64,000 nt of DNA from Spirochaetia bacterium (lineage in GTDB: Bacteria; Spirochaetota; Spirochaetia; SZUA-6; Bin103). Both the position numbers and the translations under genes were made by a program. The notes below the pieces were generated by a model. That model searched no databases, was not told the origin of the DNA, and was given only the letters and a program-made list of their open reading frames with translations. The stretch lies in the NCBI GenBank assembly GCA_965203905.1, contig CBDBDQ010000005.1, positions 1,280,001 to 1,344,000 of the forward strand, written 5' to 3'. The first letter of the stretch is position 1, and each line of letters opens with the position of its first letter. Below are positions 42,611-52,928 of the stretch, piece by piece.

Positions 42611-43282
42611 TCAAAATGGCCTGATTTCATAGATAGTATCGTACCACACAAGTTGTCCATTGTTGTAGTAGAAAGTTGCTGCATATGGGACAATAAATGT
42701 TCCATAGTACGGATCATGAATATAGATATTTCCGCTTGAATCATATCCATATACTACGACTACGTGTCCACTAAAAGCACCACGGTAGGCCGCGATAATT
42801 GGCCTGCCTAAGTCAATTTCATTCCTTATTTCATTCAGGGAAAGGGGACCGCCCCTTAGACTTGAAGTGAGCCGGCCGAACGCAAATAACGTCTGTTGAA
42901 TAACTTGCAAACTTGGTGCGCCCTGTCGACAGTACGGATGCGGAGGACTCAAGCAACAGTTTGCAGTCAACCATGCGGAAAGGATCTCACATTGAACTGA
43001 TCCTCTTCCATAGTACCGAAACACCATTTCGGACGTAGCCGCCCAGCACCAGACTTCAGTTTGCTGTCGTACAAGTGGCAAACTCAGGAGTTGCCTGCGA
43101 TGCACGTTGTCAACAGGATTCGGAGTTGTGATTCGCGGAGGTATCGGGTCAGGATCCGGCGCCGGCGGTGGTGGCAAGAACAAATCGCACGAGACAAATG
43201 CTACACTGGCAACCGAGGTGACCAGAATGGTGCTTGACCGTGCCACTGTTGACAGCGCTCTGGTAATCATTCTATCCGACAT
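42611..43282 (-). CDS. Papain-like (C39/C70-type) cysteine peptidase lipoprotein
   Basis: FVSC lipobox, QQTEVWCWAA, GHVVVVYGYD, IYIHDP catalytic motifs; low GC. Confidence 0.8.
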   Translation of the reverse strand: MSDRMITRALSTVARSSTILVTSVASVAFVSCDLFLPPPPAPDPDPIPPRITTPNPVDNVHRRQLLSLPLVRQQTEVWCWAATSEMVFRYYGRGSVQCEILSAWLTANCCLSPPHPYCRQGAPSLQVIQQTLFAFGRLTSSLRGGPLSLNEIRNEIDLGRPIIAAYRGAFSGHVVVVYGYDSSGNIYIHDPYYGTFIVPYAATFYYNNGQLVWYDTIYEIRPF

Positions 43283-43727
43283 AGGAACAACCTCCGATTA
43301 AGTGGGATTCACGGACAAGCCCATCGATAGTCCGATAGTCGCCGTCTTAGACACGCTGCACCAGCTCCAGATAGCCGTCGATGCCGATTTGACCCGTTCG
43401 GCCAGGTAGGCCGCCGTATGGCGCCCAGGAACCCGTCAGCCAAGTCACCGCGGCAATCGCACCAACCACACTGGTCCTTGAAATGCGCATCTCTCGTCAT
43501 CCTTGTGGAGTTCCGACGGTCGATCATATTCCCGGCGTCTGCCACTCGGCAAGCTCGCGCACATGATCTCCAAGTTCATCGCCTTCCACTTCGGCGCTTC
43601 CGCGTAGTGGAGCTCGGGACTTCGGAGGCGAGCGCTCCGCGGAGTTCATCGACGACATAGCGCCTTGCGGCGTCCCTTCCGTTTTGGTGACACGCACATC
43701 GGTAGTTGAGTACGCGACGCAATTCGA

Positions 43728-44822
43728 CTATTGCCGTTGGAAGTGCATCCAATAGGCCCCGTAGTCGCTATAATAATCATCTTCCGGGTTTTCCTGCCAG
43801 AAGGACACTATCATTCCGTCCGGCCACTGATCGGTAGGAGCGAAGGCGAACCGAGACGCAATGGTTCGAGGTCTCGGTACTTCACCGGTTGGGGTACTGG
43901 TGGCGCTAGCGTCGGTCAGATTGAGATAATACTCATCCTCATGGAGCTGCCACTTCGCAGTCACCTTCGTAACTCCGTTGCGCGACGAATAGTCGAATAG
44001 CAACGTGCCATCGGCGTTTACCGTAAGCGTAAAGTCCCGATTTTCGTGCAGATCGGAATTCTGCCATACGCCCACGACCGACGACGGCGATACATTGTAC
44101 ACGCGCTCGTAGCGCCTAAACCTCGTCTCCAAGCCGCCGGCATCCCACCAGTCCGGAACGAACAATGTGTTACCTTCATCCGATAGTACATAGTCGTATT
44201 CCAAACTCGTGAGGACGTCCGGAGTCGCGCGGTCGTTGTCGTCATCGTGATACCGAGTCTTCGTCACCGTGTCGTCAGATGCTGCCCAGGTACCACTCCC
44301 CCAATGCCTACCGTCCAACGAACCGTCCTTGCTATATAATGACTCATGATGGACATACCTGCTGTTGGTAAATGTCAGAGTCTCCACGATTGTTCCCACG
44401 ATTTCTCCATCATGGTACCATCTGCGGGTGTGACGCCAAGAGCCCCACAGTGTCGGTCTTACCGTGACCGTGAAGCTCAGGGTGGCCGCGGCGCCGTCTT
44501 CATCCGTCGCCGTGTAGCGTAACGGAAAGCTTCCGGCCGTAGTCGGTGTCCCGCTCAACTGTCGGGTCTCGGGGTCGAACGCAAGGCCCGGGACCTCGGG
44601 AGTCAGGGCATAGGTGAAAGCACCTTCTCCCCCGGACGCCTCCGGCAACACGATTGCGGATATGGCCGTGTCTATCACCATTGCCGGTAGCGTCAGCGTA
44701 AGGTCGCCCGCGGCAAAACTGATCGGCATCTTGACCGCCCTTGGGCAACCTGCCAAGAGCACCACCGCTGCGGCGACGGCAGTGGCAACCGCCAGCAGTC
44801 TACTGAGTCGACGAAACTTCAC
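43728..44822 (-). CDS. Surface lipoprotein: Ig (He_PIG) domain plus variable beta-rich domains
   Basis: GAGGAG RBS with GTG start, LLAGC lipobox, LPEASGG..PGLAFD..RQLSGTPT. Confidence 0.8.
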   Translation of the reverse strand: MKFRRLSRLLAVATAVAAAVVLLAGCPRAVKMPISFAAGDLTLTLPAMVIDTAISAIVLPEASGGEGAFTYALTPEVPGLAFDPETRQLSGTPTTAGSFPLRYTATDEDGAAATLSFTVTVRPTLWGSWRHTRRWYHDGEIVGTIVETLTFTNSRYVHHESLYSKDGSLDGRHWGSGTWAASDDTVTKTRYHDDDNDRATPDVLTSLEYDYVLSDEGNTLFVPDWWDAGGLETRFRRYERVYNVSPSSVVGVWQNSDLHENRDFTLTVNADGTLLFDYSSRNGVTKVTAKWQLHEDEYYLNLTDASATSTPTGEVPRPRTIASRFAFAPTDQWPDGMIVSFWQENPEDDYYSDYGAYWMHFQRQ

Positions 44823-45472
44823 CTGATTCTCCTCATCTTGCACTTTCGAAGCCTGCGCCATAAGCGAATACCATCCCATCCACTAACCTGCGTCCCCAAC
44901 CGCCAACCGCCTTCCCAAGCACTTGCACCACGCCCTCAGAGCGGGTGGGATCGCTTGCCGAGGTTTGGGACGGCCGCGCTTGCCTTGCACGCAGGTCGGA
45001 GTCGGGTGACTGACGAGAACGATCCTCTGACACGACTGCACGAGAGTCCCTACCAGGATTGGTAGGACTGAGAACCAGCCAAGCAACAATTGGACTGCTC
45101 ACCGAGGAGGCGGGTGGCGGTTGCGGTTAGTAGCCCAACTCGGCGACCGACAGCACCAGCCGCACCAGATCCGGCTGCCGTGAGATGTGCACCATCAACA
45201 GCGGCAAGTTCATGACCGACCTATCAGATCCTTGACAGATCAGGCAGGATCGTCGTCCTGCCTGATCTCCTTGTCGATAGCCGTCTCACGGGCCCGGTGA
45301 GGCACCTTCTCCAGTCGGATGAGCCGGCATGACGCCCGCCGCTGTAGTCTCCCGCGGAGAGCATCCAGTATCAGTGGACCACGCCAACCGAGGTCACGCC
45401 GCCAGCGCCACAGCCGCAAGAAGCCTCGCAGAGGATGGCACATCGGTAGCTTGAGTACGCGTCGCAATTCGA

Positions 45473-46597
45473 CTATTGCCGTTGGAAGGTCATCCAGTAG
45501 TCTCCATACTCTCTATAACTATCACCAAAGGCCGGGTCTTCGTTCCAGAAGGGCGACACTATCATCTCGTCCGGCCACTTGTCGGTGAGAGCGAAGGCAT
45601 ACCGAGACGCACCCTCAAAATTGGAGTCCGGTTCCGGTACTCCACCGGTTGGGGTCCAGGTAACGCTAGCGTTGGTCAGATTGAGATAGTACTCATCCTC
45701 AACAAGCTGCCAGTTTGCAGTCATCTCCCAAACTCCTCCGGACTCTCGTCCAGACCACGAATTCTCATATAGCAACGTGCCATCGGCGTTTACCGTAAGC
45801 GTGTCAACGACAGACCAATCGTCTCCCATATCCGACCTCTGCCATACGCCGACTACCGACGACGGTGATACACTTTGAACGCGCTCGTAGCGATCGAAAC
45901 TCTGACTGTCGCTCCAACCGCGCCATTCGTGCAACAGTAACACATCGCGCGCCTCATCCGGCCACACATAGTCCTTGTCCAGACTCGTGAGGACTTCCGG
46001 AGTATCGCGGTCATCGTCGTCATCGACATTCCAAGTCTTCGTCACGGTGTCGTCAGATGCTGTCCAGGTACCACTCTCCAACCCTCTGCCGTCAAACGAA
46101 CCATCGGTCCGATAGTGTGCTCTGTACATGATGAACCTGCTGGTAGTGAACGTCAGAGTCTCCACGATCGTTCCCACGATTTCTCCGTCATCGTGCCATC
46201 TGCTGGTGGTACGCCAAGAGCCCCACAGCGTCGGTCTTACCGTGACCGTGAAGCTCAGGGTGGCCGCGTCGCCGTCTTCATCCGTCGCCGTGTAGCGCAA
46301 CGGATAGCTTCCGGCCGTAGTCGGTGTCCCGCTCAACTGCCGGGTCTCGGGGTCGAACGCAAGGCCCGGGACCTCGGGAGCCAGGGCATAGGTGAAAGCA
46401 CCTTCTCCCCCGGACGCCTCCGGCAACACGATTGCGGATATGGCCGTGTCTATCACCATTGCCGGTAGCGTCAGCGTAAGGTCGCCCGCGGCAAAACTGA
46501 TCGGCGTCTTTACCGCCCTTGGGCAACCTGCCAAGAGCACCACCGCGGCGACGGCAGTGGCAACCGCCAGCAGTCTACTGAGTCGACGAAACTTCAC
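45473..46597 (-). CDS. Surface lipoprotein paralog (Ig plus variable domains)
   Basis: N-terminal ~125 aa almost identical to 43728-44822. Confidence 0.8.
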   Translation of the reverse strand: MKFRRLSRLLAVATAVAAVVLLAGCPRAVKTPISFAAGDLTLTLPAMVIDTAISAIVLPEASGGEGAFTYALAPEVPGLAFDPETRQLSGTPTTAGSYPLRYTATDEDGDAATLSFTVTVRPTLWGSWRTTSRWHDDGEIVGTIVETLTFTTSRFIMYRAHYRTDGSFDGRGLESGTWTASDDTVTKTWNVDDDDDRDTPEVLTSLDKDYVWPDEARDVLLLHEWRGWSDSQSFDRYERVQSVSPSSVVGVWQRSDMGDDWSVVDTLTVNADGTLLYENSWSGRESGGVWEMTANWQLVEDEYYLNLTNASVTWTPTGGVPEPDSNFEGASRYAFALTDKWPDEMIVSPFWNEDPAFGDSYREYGDYWMTFQRQ

Positions 46598-46819
46598 TTG
46601 ATTCTCCTCATCTTGCACTTTCGAAGCCTGCGCCATAAGCGAATACCATCGTATCCACTAACCTGTGTCCCCAACCGCCTTCCCAAGCACTTGCACCCGC
46701 CCTCCGGAGCGGGTGGGATCGCTTGCCGAGGGTGGGCGCGCGGTCGCGCATGCCTTGCACGCGGGTTGGAGTCGGGTGACTGGGCGAGACCGATCCTCTG
46801 ACACGATTGCCCGAGAATC

Positions 46820-46839
46820 CCTACCAGGATTGGTAGGAC
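46820..46839. promoter_or_regulatory. Inverted repeat CCTACCA-GGAT-TGGTAGG, candidate LuxR operator (also ~45049-45067)
   Basis: Palindrome conserved upstream of both lipoprotein paralogs while neighbouring bases vary. Confidence 0.5.
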
Positions 46840-46894
46840 TAGACGCGAGCAAGCAAACCGGACTGCCCACCGAGGAGGCGGGTGCCGTTGCGGG

Positions 46895-48037
46895 TTAGTA
46901 GCGCAACTCGGTGACCGACAGCACGATGCGTACCAAGTCCGCCTGCCGGGAGATGCGCAGTTTCTGGTAGATTTGCTTCAGGTGCCAATAGATGGCGCCA
47001 CTGGTGTGGCCGGTGGCTCGGGCCATCTGGTCCACGCTTCTGCCTTCCGCCAACCAGGCAGCGACTTGACTTTCACCCGACGTCAGCCCCAGAGCCGTGG
47101 CTAGCAAGTCGGGATCGACGGGATGCGGGCGCCCCGGCTCGACAATCAGTACCAGCGCCGCGATGTACCGCGCTCGGTAGTAGTGCGGTTGGGGGACTGG
47201 CACGGGTTTGACGTGCGCCACCAACGGCCGCAGCACCGACGAGCGGCGGAGCGGCATCGACCCACTGACCGCGACGTCATCGGACGTCGGCACTGCGGCG
47301 GCCACCAGCCGCTCAAGGCGGAGCCGGTCGTCCGGCGACCGGGCACGCAGCAACCCGTCCCGGTCAGACAACGCGTCACCGCGTCGCAGGATGTCGCGCG
47401 CGCGGTCGTTGACCGCCATGATACGTCCCCGCTGATCCAGGTGTACCGCGCCTATGCGAGGGTTATCGAGCAAAGTGCCCGCGGTCATGACTTGCGCCTT
47501 GGCGCTGACCAGCGCCTGCCGGACGCGAAAAAACTGTCGGATATGGGGCACCAGCCGCGTGATCATCGCGATCTGCGACGCCCCCCAACCCTCCGAGCCG
47601 ACGGGATTACCGAGGCCCCAGGTCAAGTGGGAGCCATCCGCACCGTCCATGCGCACGTTCAGGCCATCCTGATATTTCCCCACGAGGAGTGCCTCGTTGT
47701 AGACCGGCGATGCCTTCAGCTCGTCGGCCGTATACAGGTCGGCCATGCGCACCAGTCGACTGTCGGGCAGTTGCCGAAGGCGCGGTATCCGTTCGTCGAT
47801 GGGATAGTAGACTTCGACGTACTGGCGCTCCAGGTCCGGACGCCGCTGCCCACGGTAGTAGAGGCCCACGAAGTGGGTCCGACCTTCGGTGATCGGGCCT
47901 TCCCCTACCGTTAGCGCATTGCCGCTCAGACCGCACGCTTCGTCAATCAGTGCGGAGGTAGCTGCCCAAACGGTTTCGTCGAGCATGGCATCGTACAGCG
48001 ACGCCAGGATGCGCTCGAATGCGTCTCGATCGCTCAT
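46895..48037 (-). CDS. LuxR-family HTH regulator with GAF/PAS-like sensor region
   Basis: LYDAMLD...W, PHIRQ, N.RA, LGLTSGESQVA..LAEG.S..KQIYQKL.ISRQADLV. Confidence 0.88.
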   Translation of the reverse strand: MSDRDAFERILASLYDAMLDETVWAATSALIDEACGLSGNALTVGEGPITEGRTHFVGLYYRGQRRPDLERQYVEVYYPIDERIPRLRQLPDSRLVRMADLYTADELKASPVYNEALLVGKYQDGLNVRMDGADGSHLTWGLGNPVGSEGWGASQIAMITRLVPHIRQFFRVRQALVSAKAQVMTAGTLLDNPRIGAVHLDQRGRIMAVNDRARDILRRGDALSDRDGLLRARSPDDRLRLERLVAAAVPTSDDVAVSGSMPLRRSSVLRPLVAHVKPVPVPQPHYYRARYIAALVLIVEPGRPHPVDPDLLATALGLTSGESQVAAWLAEGRSVDQMARATGHTSGAIYWHLKQIYQKLRISRQADLVRIVLSVTELRY

Positions 48038-48224
48038 GATGATTCCGCCTCCAGCAACTTCGGGATGGGCGCAATTGGGTGATCGACAACAAGCGACGGA
48101 ATCTCCTAACGTGTTACCGCGTCCCGAATCACTACCACAATTGGGAGGATTCCTACGGATTTGGGAGTTGCAGAGAGTGCTGGGCGCCCGTCCCGGACCG
48201 GCTCGGGGTGTGGCACACCATCGG

Positions 48225-48345
48225 CGGCCGCTCGTCGACGTGCGCCGCGACGGCCGCTACCGCATCGAGTTGCGGCGCTGGCCGGAGGACGCCGGCTACG
48301 CGCTGGACGCCGGCATCGACGGCGACGACGTGGAGTGCCGCCGTC
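48225..48345 (+). pseudogene. Arylsulfatase C-terminal fragment
   Basis: VDVRRDGRYRIELRRWPEDAG. Confidence 0.45.
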
Positions 48346-48659
48346 GCCGTCCAGCACCAGGCTGGCCGGCGCTTCGCGCAGCACCGTGACCCGCGGATCG
48401 GGCGCGACAACGCTACGGTCAAGCGTCATCGCTTGTAATGGCGCGATTTAGCCCGCGTGGTCCTGGTCGGTGTTGCTCGTCGACGAGAGCAAGGAGGTCG
48501 CGAAGCGTGAACGGGCGTCCGCAAGTCCAGCGGCCATCGCTAACGTGACTCAGAGCTTGGCTCGCGACAGCGTTTGGTGCGGTGCAAAATCCGGTGCAGA
48601 AGAGCCACTGATCCGATTTAGGGGAGCCAGCCGTCCAGAAATGCTGGCGGGTCTGCTGC

Positions 48660-48838
48660 CGCCCGGCGAGCGCCCCTCACCACGCTTCACCTGGATGGGC
48701 AACAAGGAGACCGACCGGCTCACCTCTTTCCCCACCACCTTCATCGAGTCCGCCGGCACCCAGACCAAGCTGGCGCTGCGCATCGCTCGCCGCTACGGCT
48801 GCGTTCTGGAGAGCACGTTGCCGATGAGCGGGCTGTAG
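48660..48838 (+). pseudogene. Papain-family (C1) peptidase fragment
   Basis: SPRFTWMGNKETD..GTQTKLALRIARRYGCVLESTLPMSG overlaps the 39575 fragment. Confidence 0.65.
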
Positions 48839-49157
48839 ACGGAGATTTCGAACTATTGCTGAATAGGAAAAAGTGGACTTCGGAGTTTGTATCCGACATG
48901 GGGGATACTTTTGCACAGCATGGAATCGAAGATGAGCCATCACCCGTTACATCATTTTTCTAATGACAGTAGTTGAATTATATGATCCAAGTAAGCGTGC
49001 CACTCCCTCGGAACACAAGGAGAGTAGGAATGCCGGTTGCGACGGGCGGAACCAGGCCAGCTATAGCTGCTAAATCACGGGTTACAGGGGCGCCAGTATG
49101 CCCCCAACCTCCTAAGGAGAGATCACTGTGAAGGCAAAGTGCGTCGCTTTCGTGCTG

Positions 49158-49417
49158 ATGCAGGACAGCCACCAGCAGGAGGAGCGGTTGCCGCTGATCG
49201 TGCCGCTGGTATTCTATCAGGGAGGCAAGCGGTGGGAGTACGCGAGGGACTTTGCGGAGCTGGGTAGCGGATGCGGAGGATTGGCGGTGGGTACCGAGGT
49301 TCGAGCACCTGCTGATCGACCAGACGGAGCAGAGCGCGGATTCGGTGACCGGGGCGGTGGCAGCGAGGCTGCTGCAGATCTCGATGATGGCGAGGTTTCG
49401 GGAAGCGTCGGGCGAGC
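49158..49417 (+). pseudogene. Internal fragment of Rpn subtype 2 (copy of ~40293-40550)
   Basis: QDSHQQEERLPLIVPLVFYQGG...ISMMARFREASGE. Confidence 0.85.
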
Positions 49418-49502
49418 GGCCCATAACGGCCCGGTACGGCCTTCTGGTTAGCGGCGGGTATGAGTTCAAAGCGCTGGCGAACCACTTCCCGTTGTACTGG
49501 GT

Positions 49503-50333
49503 ATGGCCGGCGAGATCACCACGCCCCACAACAACCTGTTCCGTTCCGTGTTCGGCGACACCGCCGAGGCGTCCGCCCTGCTGCGCGCACATCTGCCGCA
49601 GGCGATCGGCCGTCAGTTGCTCTGGTCGACCCTCGCGCTCAAGTACTGCATCCGAATCTGGGAACGCGATCGCAGGCGGCATCGGAACGAGAAGCAACTG
49701 CGCCCCATCGTGCCTCTGGTGTTGTACCAGGGCAGGCGCCGCTGGCGTCACGGCCGCGAGTTCTCGGAGCTGTTTGCGCAGCAGGTCCGTCACTGGCCGT
49801 GGGTGCCGCACTACGCACACCTCTTGATCGACCAGACCAGGGCACGGCCGGACCACGTGCGCGGCGAGTTGCGCGGGCGCATCGCGCAACTCGCGATGAT
49901 GGCGACGTTCCGGAAGAACTGGCCCCTGTTGCAGCGGTTGGTGCCGCTGCTGGCGGAGTTGGCACGGGTCGGCGCCGCCGCCGAGGACTGGGAGGAGATC
50001 GTAGTGTACATTGCAGCCACGACAACGCGAGAACCGCGGCGCTGGCAACGGTTCGCAGACGCGGTACGGCGGCGCGTACCGGGAGGTGAAGAACTGATGA
50101 ACAAGACTGAACGGATGCGTCAGATCTACGGCGACGTCAGGGAACAGGAAGGGCGTCGAGAGGGCCGCAAGGAAGGGGAGTTACGAGGCAAGGTGCTGAC
50201 CATCGAGGCACTCCTCGGACGAGATGTCCCCTGGACCACCATCCAGACCGCGACCGGAATCGACCAGGCCACTTTCCACCGGCTCAAGCACGAGCTCGAG
50301 GCCGCCGCCGGCAACCGCCCCCATCCCAACTGA
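49503..50333 (+). pseudogene. Rpn subtype 1 copy with an in-frame ~51-codon deletion of the catalytic core; internal RpnS start (50097) intact
   Basis: WSTLAL|KYCIRIW lacks the SDLLY..EHQS segment present at 14110-14260. Confidence 0.85.
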
Positions 50334-50427
50334 GTCGCTCCGCGCTCGGTCCATGGCACGGCACGGACCGCGGCCGGGACGGTTCACACTCGACTGCGAG
50401 CGCTGGACCGGGGCCAGGCCGCGGACG

Positions 50428-50668
50428 CCGTGCACTTCTCGCGCTACACGAGATCGGTCACGTGCCAGGGCGGTCTTGCCGAAGCCAGCGGGAGCGCAGA
50501 GGACCGTCCAACGGTGCTCCAGCAGCGCGCACCGTTCCTCCACCTCCGTACGCCGCATGTAGCCCTCGATGGGATCCGGCAACTCCACCCGGTAACGCTG
50601 CAGCCAGCGCGCCTCCTGCGGCGCCGGTTCGGGAACCCGCGCCGCGGCGGGTCTCGCCACCGACTCGG
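50428..50668. pseudogene. M8 HExxH piece (plus) fused to a MalT N-terminal piece (minus, copy of ~36180-36385)
   Basis: CACGAGATCGGTCACGTGC directly abuts CAGGGCGGTCTTGCCGAAGCC. Confidence 0.75.
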
Positions 50669-50824
50669 GGCCTCCTGACGACCTCAGCATAACACGCGGC
50701 TGCGGCTGCGATAGTCGTATCGGGGCGGGGGCGCTGGCGGGAGCGGTGGGGGCGTCCGGTGCCTGGAGAGGTTGCGATTCATACTCTCTACAACGGGAGC
50801 CGGCTCGCTCGCGCTTTCGGGAAC

Positions 50825-50914
50825 CGTCGCCGAGCACCTCCACACGTCGGAGGAGATGGCCGCATATCTGGAAGCGTGTCTAAAGGAGGCCGACGGCGAT
50901 GCAGCGTTCAGCTA
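50825..50914 (+). pseudogene. Addiction-module antidote (HigA-like) fragment
   Basis: AEHLHTSEEMAAYLEACLKEADGDAAF*. Confidence 0.65.
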
Positions 50915-50965
50915 GTTTGTCGCAACCGCAAGCGGATGGAGTATGCGGGGGCAGCCGAGTTCCTG

Positions 50966-51125
50966 CGATGACTGCACCGCCAGACCGGTGATCCTGCCGA
51001 TCAGCAGGCGCGCGACGCGGTCGTTCTGCATCAGGTACTTGAAGACCACGTCGTAGATCGGGTTGGCGACGTCCACGTCGGCATTGAACCTGCGCTCCGC
51101 GGCGCGGGTCAATCGCCCGCCTCGG
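50966..51125 (-). pseudogene. 5' fragment of the PD-(D/E)XK gene at 54299-55294
   Basis: VDVANPIYDVVFKYLMQNDRVARLLIGRITGLAVQS. Confidence 0.8.
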
Positions 51126-51258
51126 ATCGCGACTGGCCGCCTGCGATTTCGTACCTCAAAGGGAGCGCGGCGCGTTTACTTGGTGTCGTTCCCGTAACCT
51201 GGTTAGTAGGGAGGGTTGGGTGACAAGTAGGTAAGCCGCGCCGCGCTCCGGTTCTCTG

Positions 51259-52827
51259 TCACTGCCGGTCGTACAGCTGCCAATAGCCGCCGTACCGGTG
51301 GATCGGATGGTCGACCCAGGTGCCGTCGTCCTGCCGCTGCTGCTCTGCCCAGTAGGACGATATGAGGATCGCGTCCCGGCTTTGGCCGGGCGCGTACGCC
51401 AGCCGCAAGAGCGCTCCGGTTACGTCGTCGAATTCCGGGTTGGGGCCGGTGAACACCACCTCCGAGAGGTGCACCGTGTAGCCCTCGCCCGCCGTCCAAG
51501 TGGCGTCAAATGAGAAGATGGTCGCATCCTCCCCCTCGACGGTGTAGGTGAAGCCGCCGGCGGCCTCGAAGCTGAACGAGAGCGCCACGCCGCTGTCGAG
51601 TACGTGCGTCCAGGTGCCGAGCGGCGGCTCCGGTACCGGGTCGGCGACCCTCGTGAAGGTGACGAACTCGTCAGCCGGGTCTCCGAAGTCCCACGGGTGG
51701 ACCACGAGCTCGTCGTCGTCAGCGCCGCGCTCGAACTGCTTGTCGACGTTCCGGGGCGCCGGCGGATCCTGCTCGTAGTCGATCCAGGTGCGCGTGACGG
51801 TGTAGCCCTCGACGCTCCAGGTGCCACTCTCGGCCCACGATTCCTCAGCGGCGCCGTCGCTCCCGATCAGCGCGAAGTGGTGGATCCAGCGGCTCGCCGT
51901 GAAGGTGAGCGTCTGAAGGTAGCCGTCGGCATCGGTCATCCTCCAGGTACCGATCAGCGCGGGCGGGGGCGGAAGCACCGTCAACGTCGCGTCGTAGCGC
52001 CCGTACCGGTGGACCGGATGGTCGGTCCAGGAGCCGTCGGTCTGTAGCTGCTGCTCGTTCCAGAACGGAGACACGACGATCTGGTCGCGCCGGTTGGTGG
52101 GCGCGTACGCGAGGCGCAGCGTGGCGGCGGCAGAAATCAGCGGCGAGGACGACGTTACGTTGCTCAGGACGACCGTATGGTCGGGCCCTTGCGTCCACGA
52201 CGCCGTAATGGAGACATCGGCGTCCTCGTCACCTCCTTCAACATCGAGCGGGAGGGGGCCACGATAGGTAAAGGCGTCGGCGGCAAACTCGACCGTGGCG
52301 CCACTCCCCATTCTCCAGGTCCCGATCAGTGAATCGGGCAGGGGGGTGTCGACTCTGGAGTACGTGACCAACTCGTCGGCCGGGTCTCCGAGGTCCCAGG
52401 GGTGGATCGCGAGCTCGTTGTCGTCAGCACCGCGTGCGAACAGCTTGTCGACACTACGGACGGTCGGCGGGTCCTGCTCGTAGTCGACCCAGGTGCGCGT
52501 GACGACATCGCCCACTTCGTGCCAGGCGCCGCTCTCGGCCCAGGATTCTTCCACGGCGCCGTCGCTCCCGGTCCGCGCAAAGTGGTGGACCCAGCGGGTG
52601 TCCGTGAAGGTGAGCGTCTGCACGAGATCCTCCTCCGTGATGGTCCAGGTCCCGACCAGCGAGAACGGCGTCGGCTCCGGTGGAGCTACCGGCGCGGGCG
52701 TCACCACTCGGCGACATCCGCCGAGCAGCGTAGCGGCGGCGGCCAGCGCTACCAGTAGCGCGACCATGACGAACCTGACGAACCCATTGCGTGGCAACAT
52801 GGAAATCACCGTAGCGCCCGCCGCCAT
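51259..52827 (-). CDS. Surface lipoprotein with internal tandem duplication of a ~240-aa beta-rich module
   Basis: LLGGC lipobox; two copies of GTW..QTLTFT..RW.HHFA..EESWAESG.W..TRTW.DYEQDPP. Confidence 0.8.
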   Translation of the reverse strand: MAAGATVISMLPRNGFVRFVMVALLVALAAAATLLGGCRRVVTPAPVAPPEPTPFSLVGTWTITEEDLVQTLTFTDTRWVHHFARTGSDGAVEESWAESGAWHEVGDVVTRTWVDYEQDPPTVRSVDKLFARGADDNELAIHPWDLGDPADELVTYSRVDTPLPDSLIGTWRMGSGATVEFAADAFTYRGPLPLDVEGGDEDADVSITASWTQGPDHTVVLSNVTSSSPLISAAATLRLAYAPTNRRDQIVVSPFWNEQQLQTDGSWTDHPVHRYGRYDATLTVLPPPPALIGTWRMTDADGYLQTLTFTASRWIHHFALIGSDGAAEESWAESGTWSVEGYTVTRTWIDYEQDPPAPRNVDKQFERGADDDELVVHPWDFGDPADEFVTFTRVADPVPEPPLGTWTHVLDSGVALSFSFEAAGGFTYTVEGEDATIFSFDATWTAGEGYTVHLSEVVFTGPNPEFDDVTGALLRLAYAPGQSRDAILISSYWAEQQRQDDGTWVDHPIHRYGGYWQLYDRQ

Positions 52828-52928
52828 CGGCAGTACCGACCGGTCGAGAAATCCAGCGCGAGAGGTTGTCCTCCGTCAGGTCGTGCATCTCGGGACGGTT
52901 CGCCCGGTCAGTTCGCGGCGCACGACCT

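Larger units (their letters stand above)
43697..46960 (-). repeat. Tandem duplication unit (LuxR 3' tail, promoter, lipoprotein): ~43697-45192 and ~45441-46960
   Basis: Shared flanks and near-identical 5' halves; diverged 3' halves. Confidence 0.85.

Noticed and set aside
7346-43300. Classical integron with attC sites around the low-GC genes
   Set aside because: No IntI and no consistent RYYYAAC...GTTRRRY-bounded hairpins found by eye; cargo orientation is mixed.
43728-46597. Diversity-generating retroelement acting on the lipoprotein pair
   Set aside because: No reverse transcriptase in the window; differences include indels and all base types, not adenine-specific changes.
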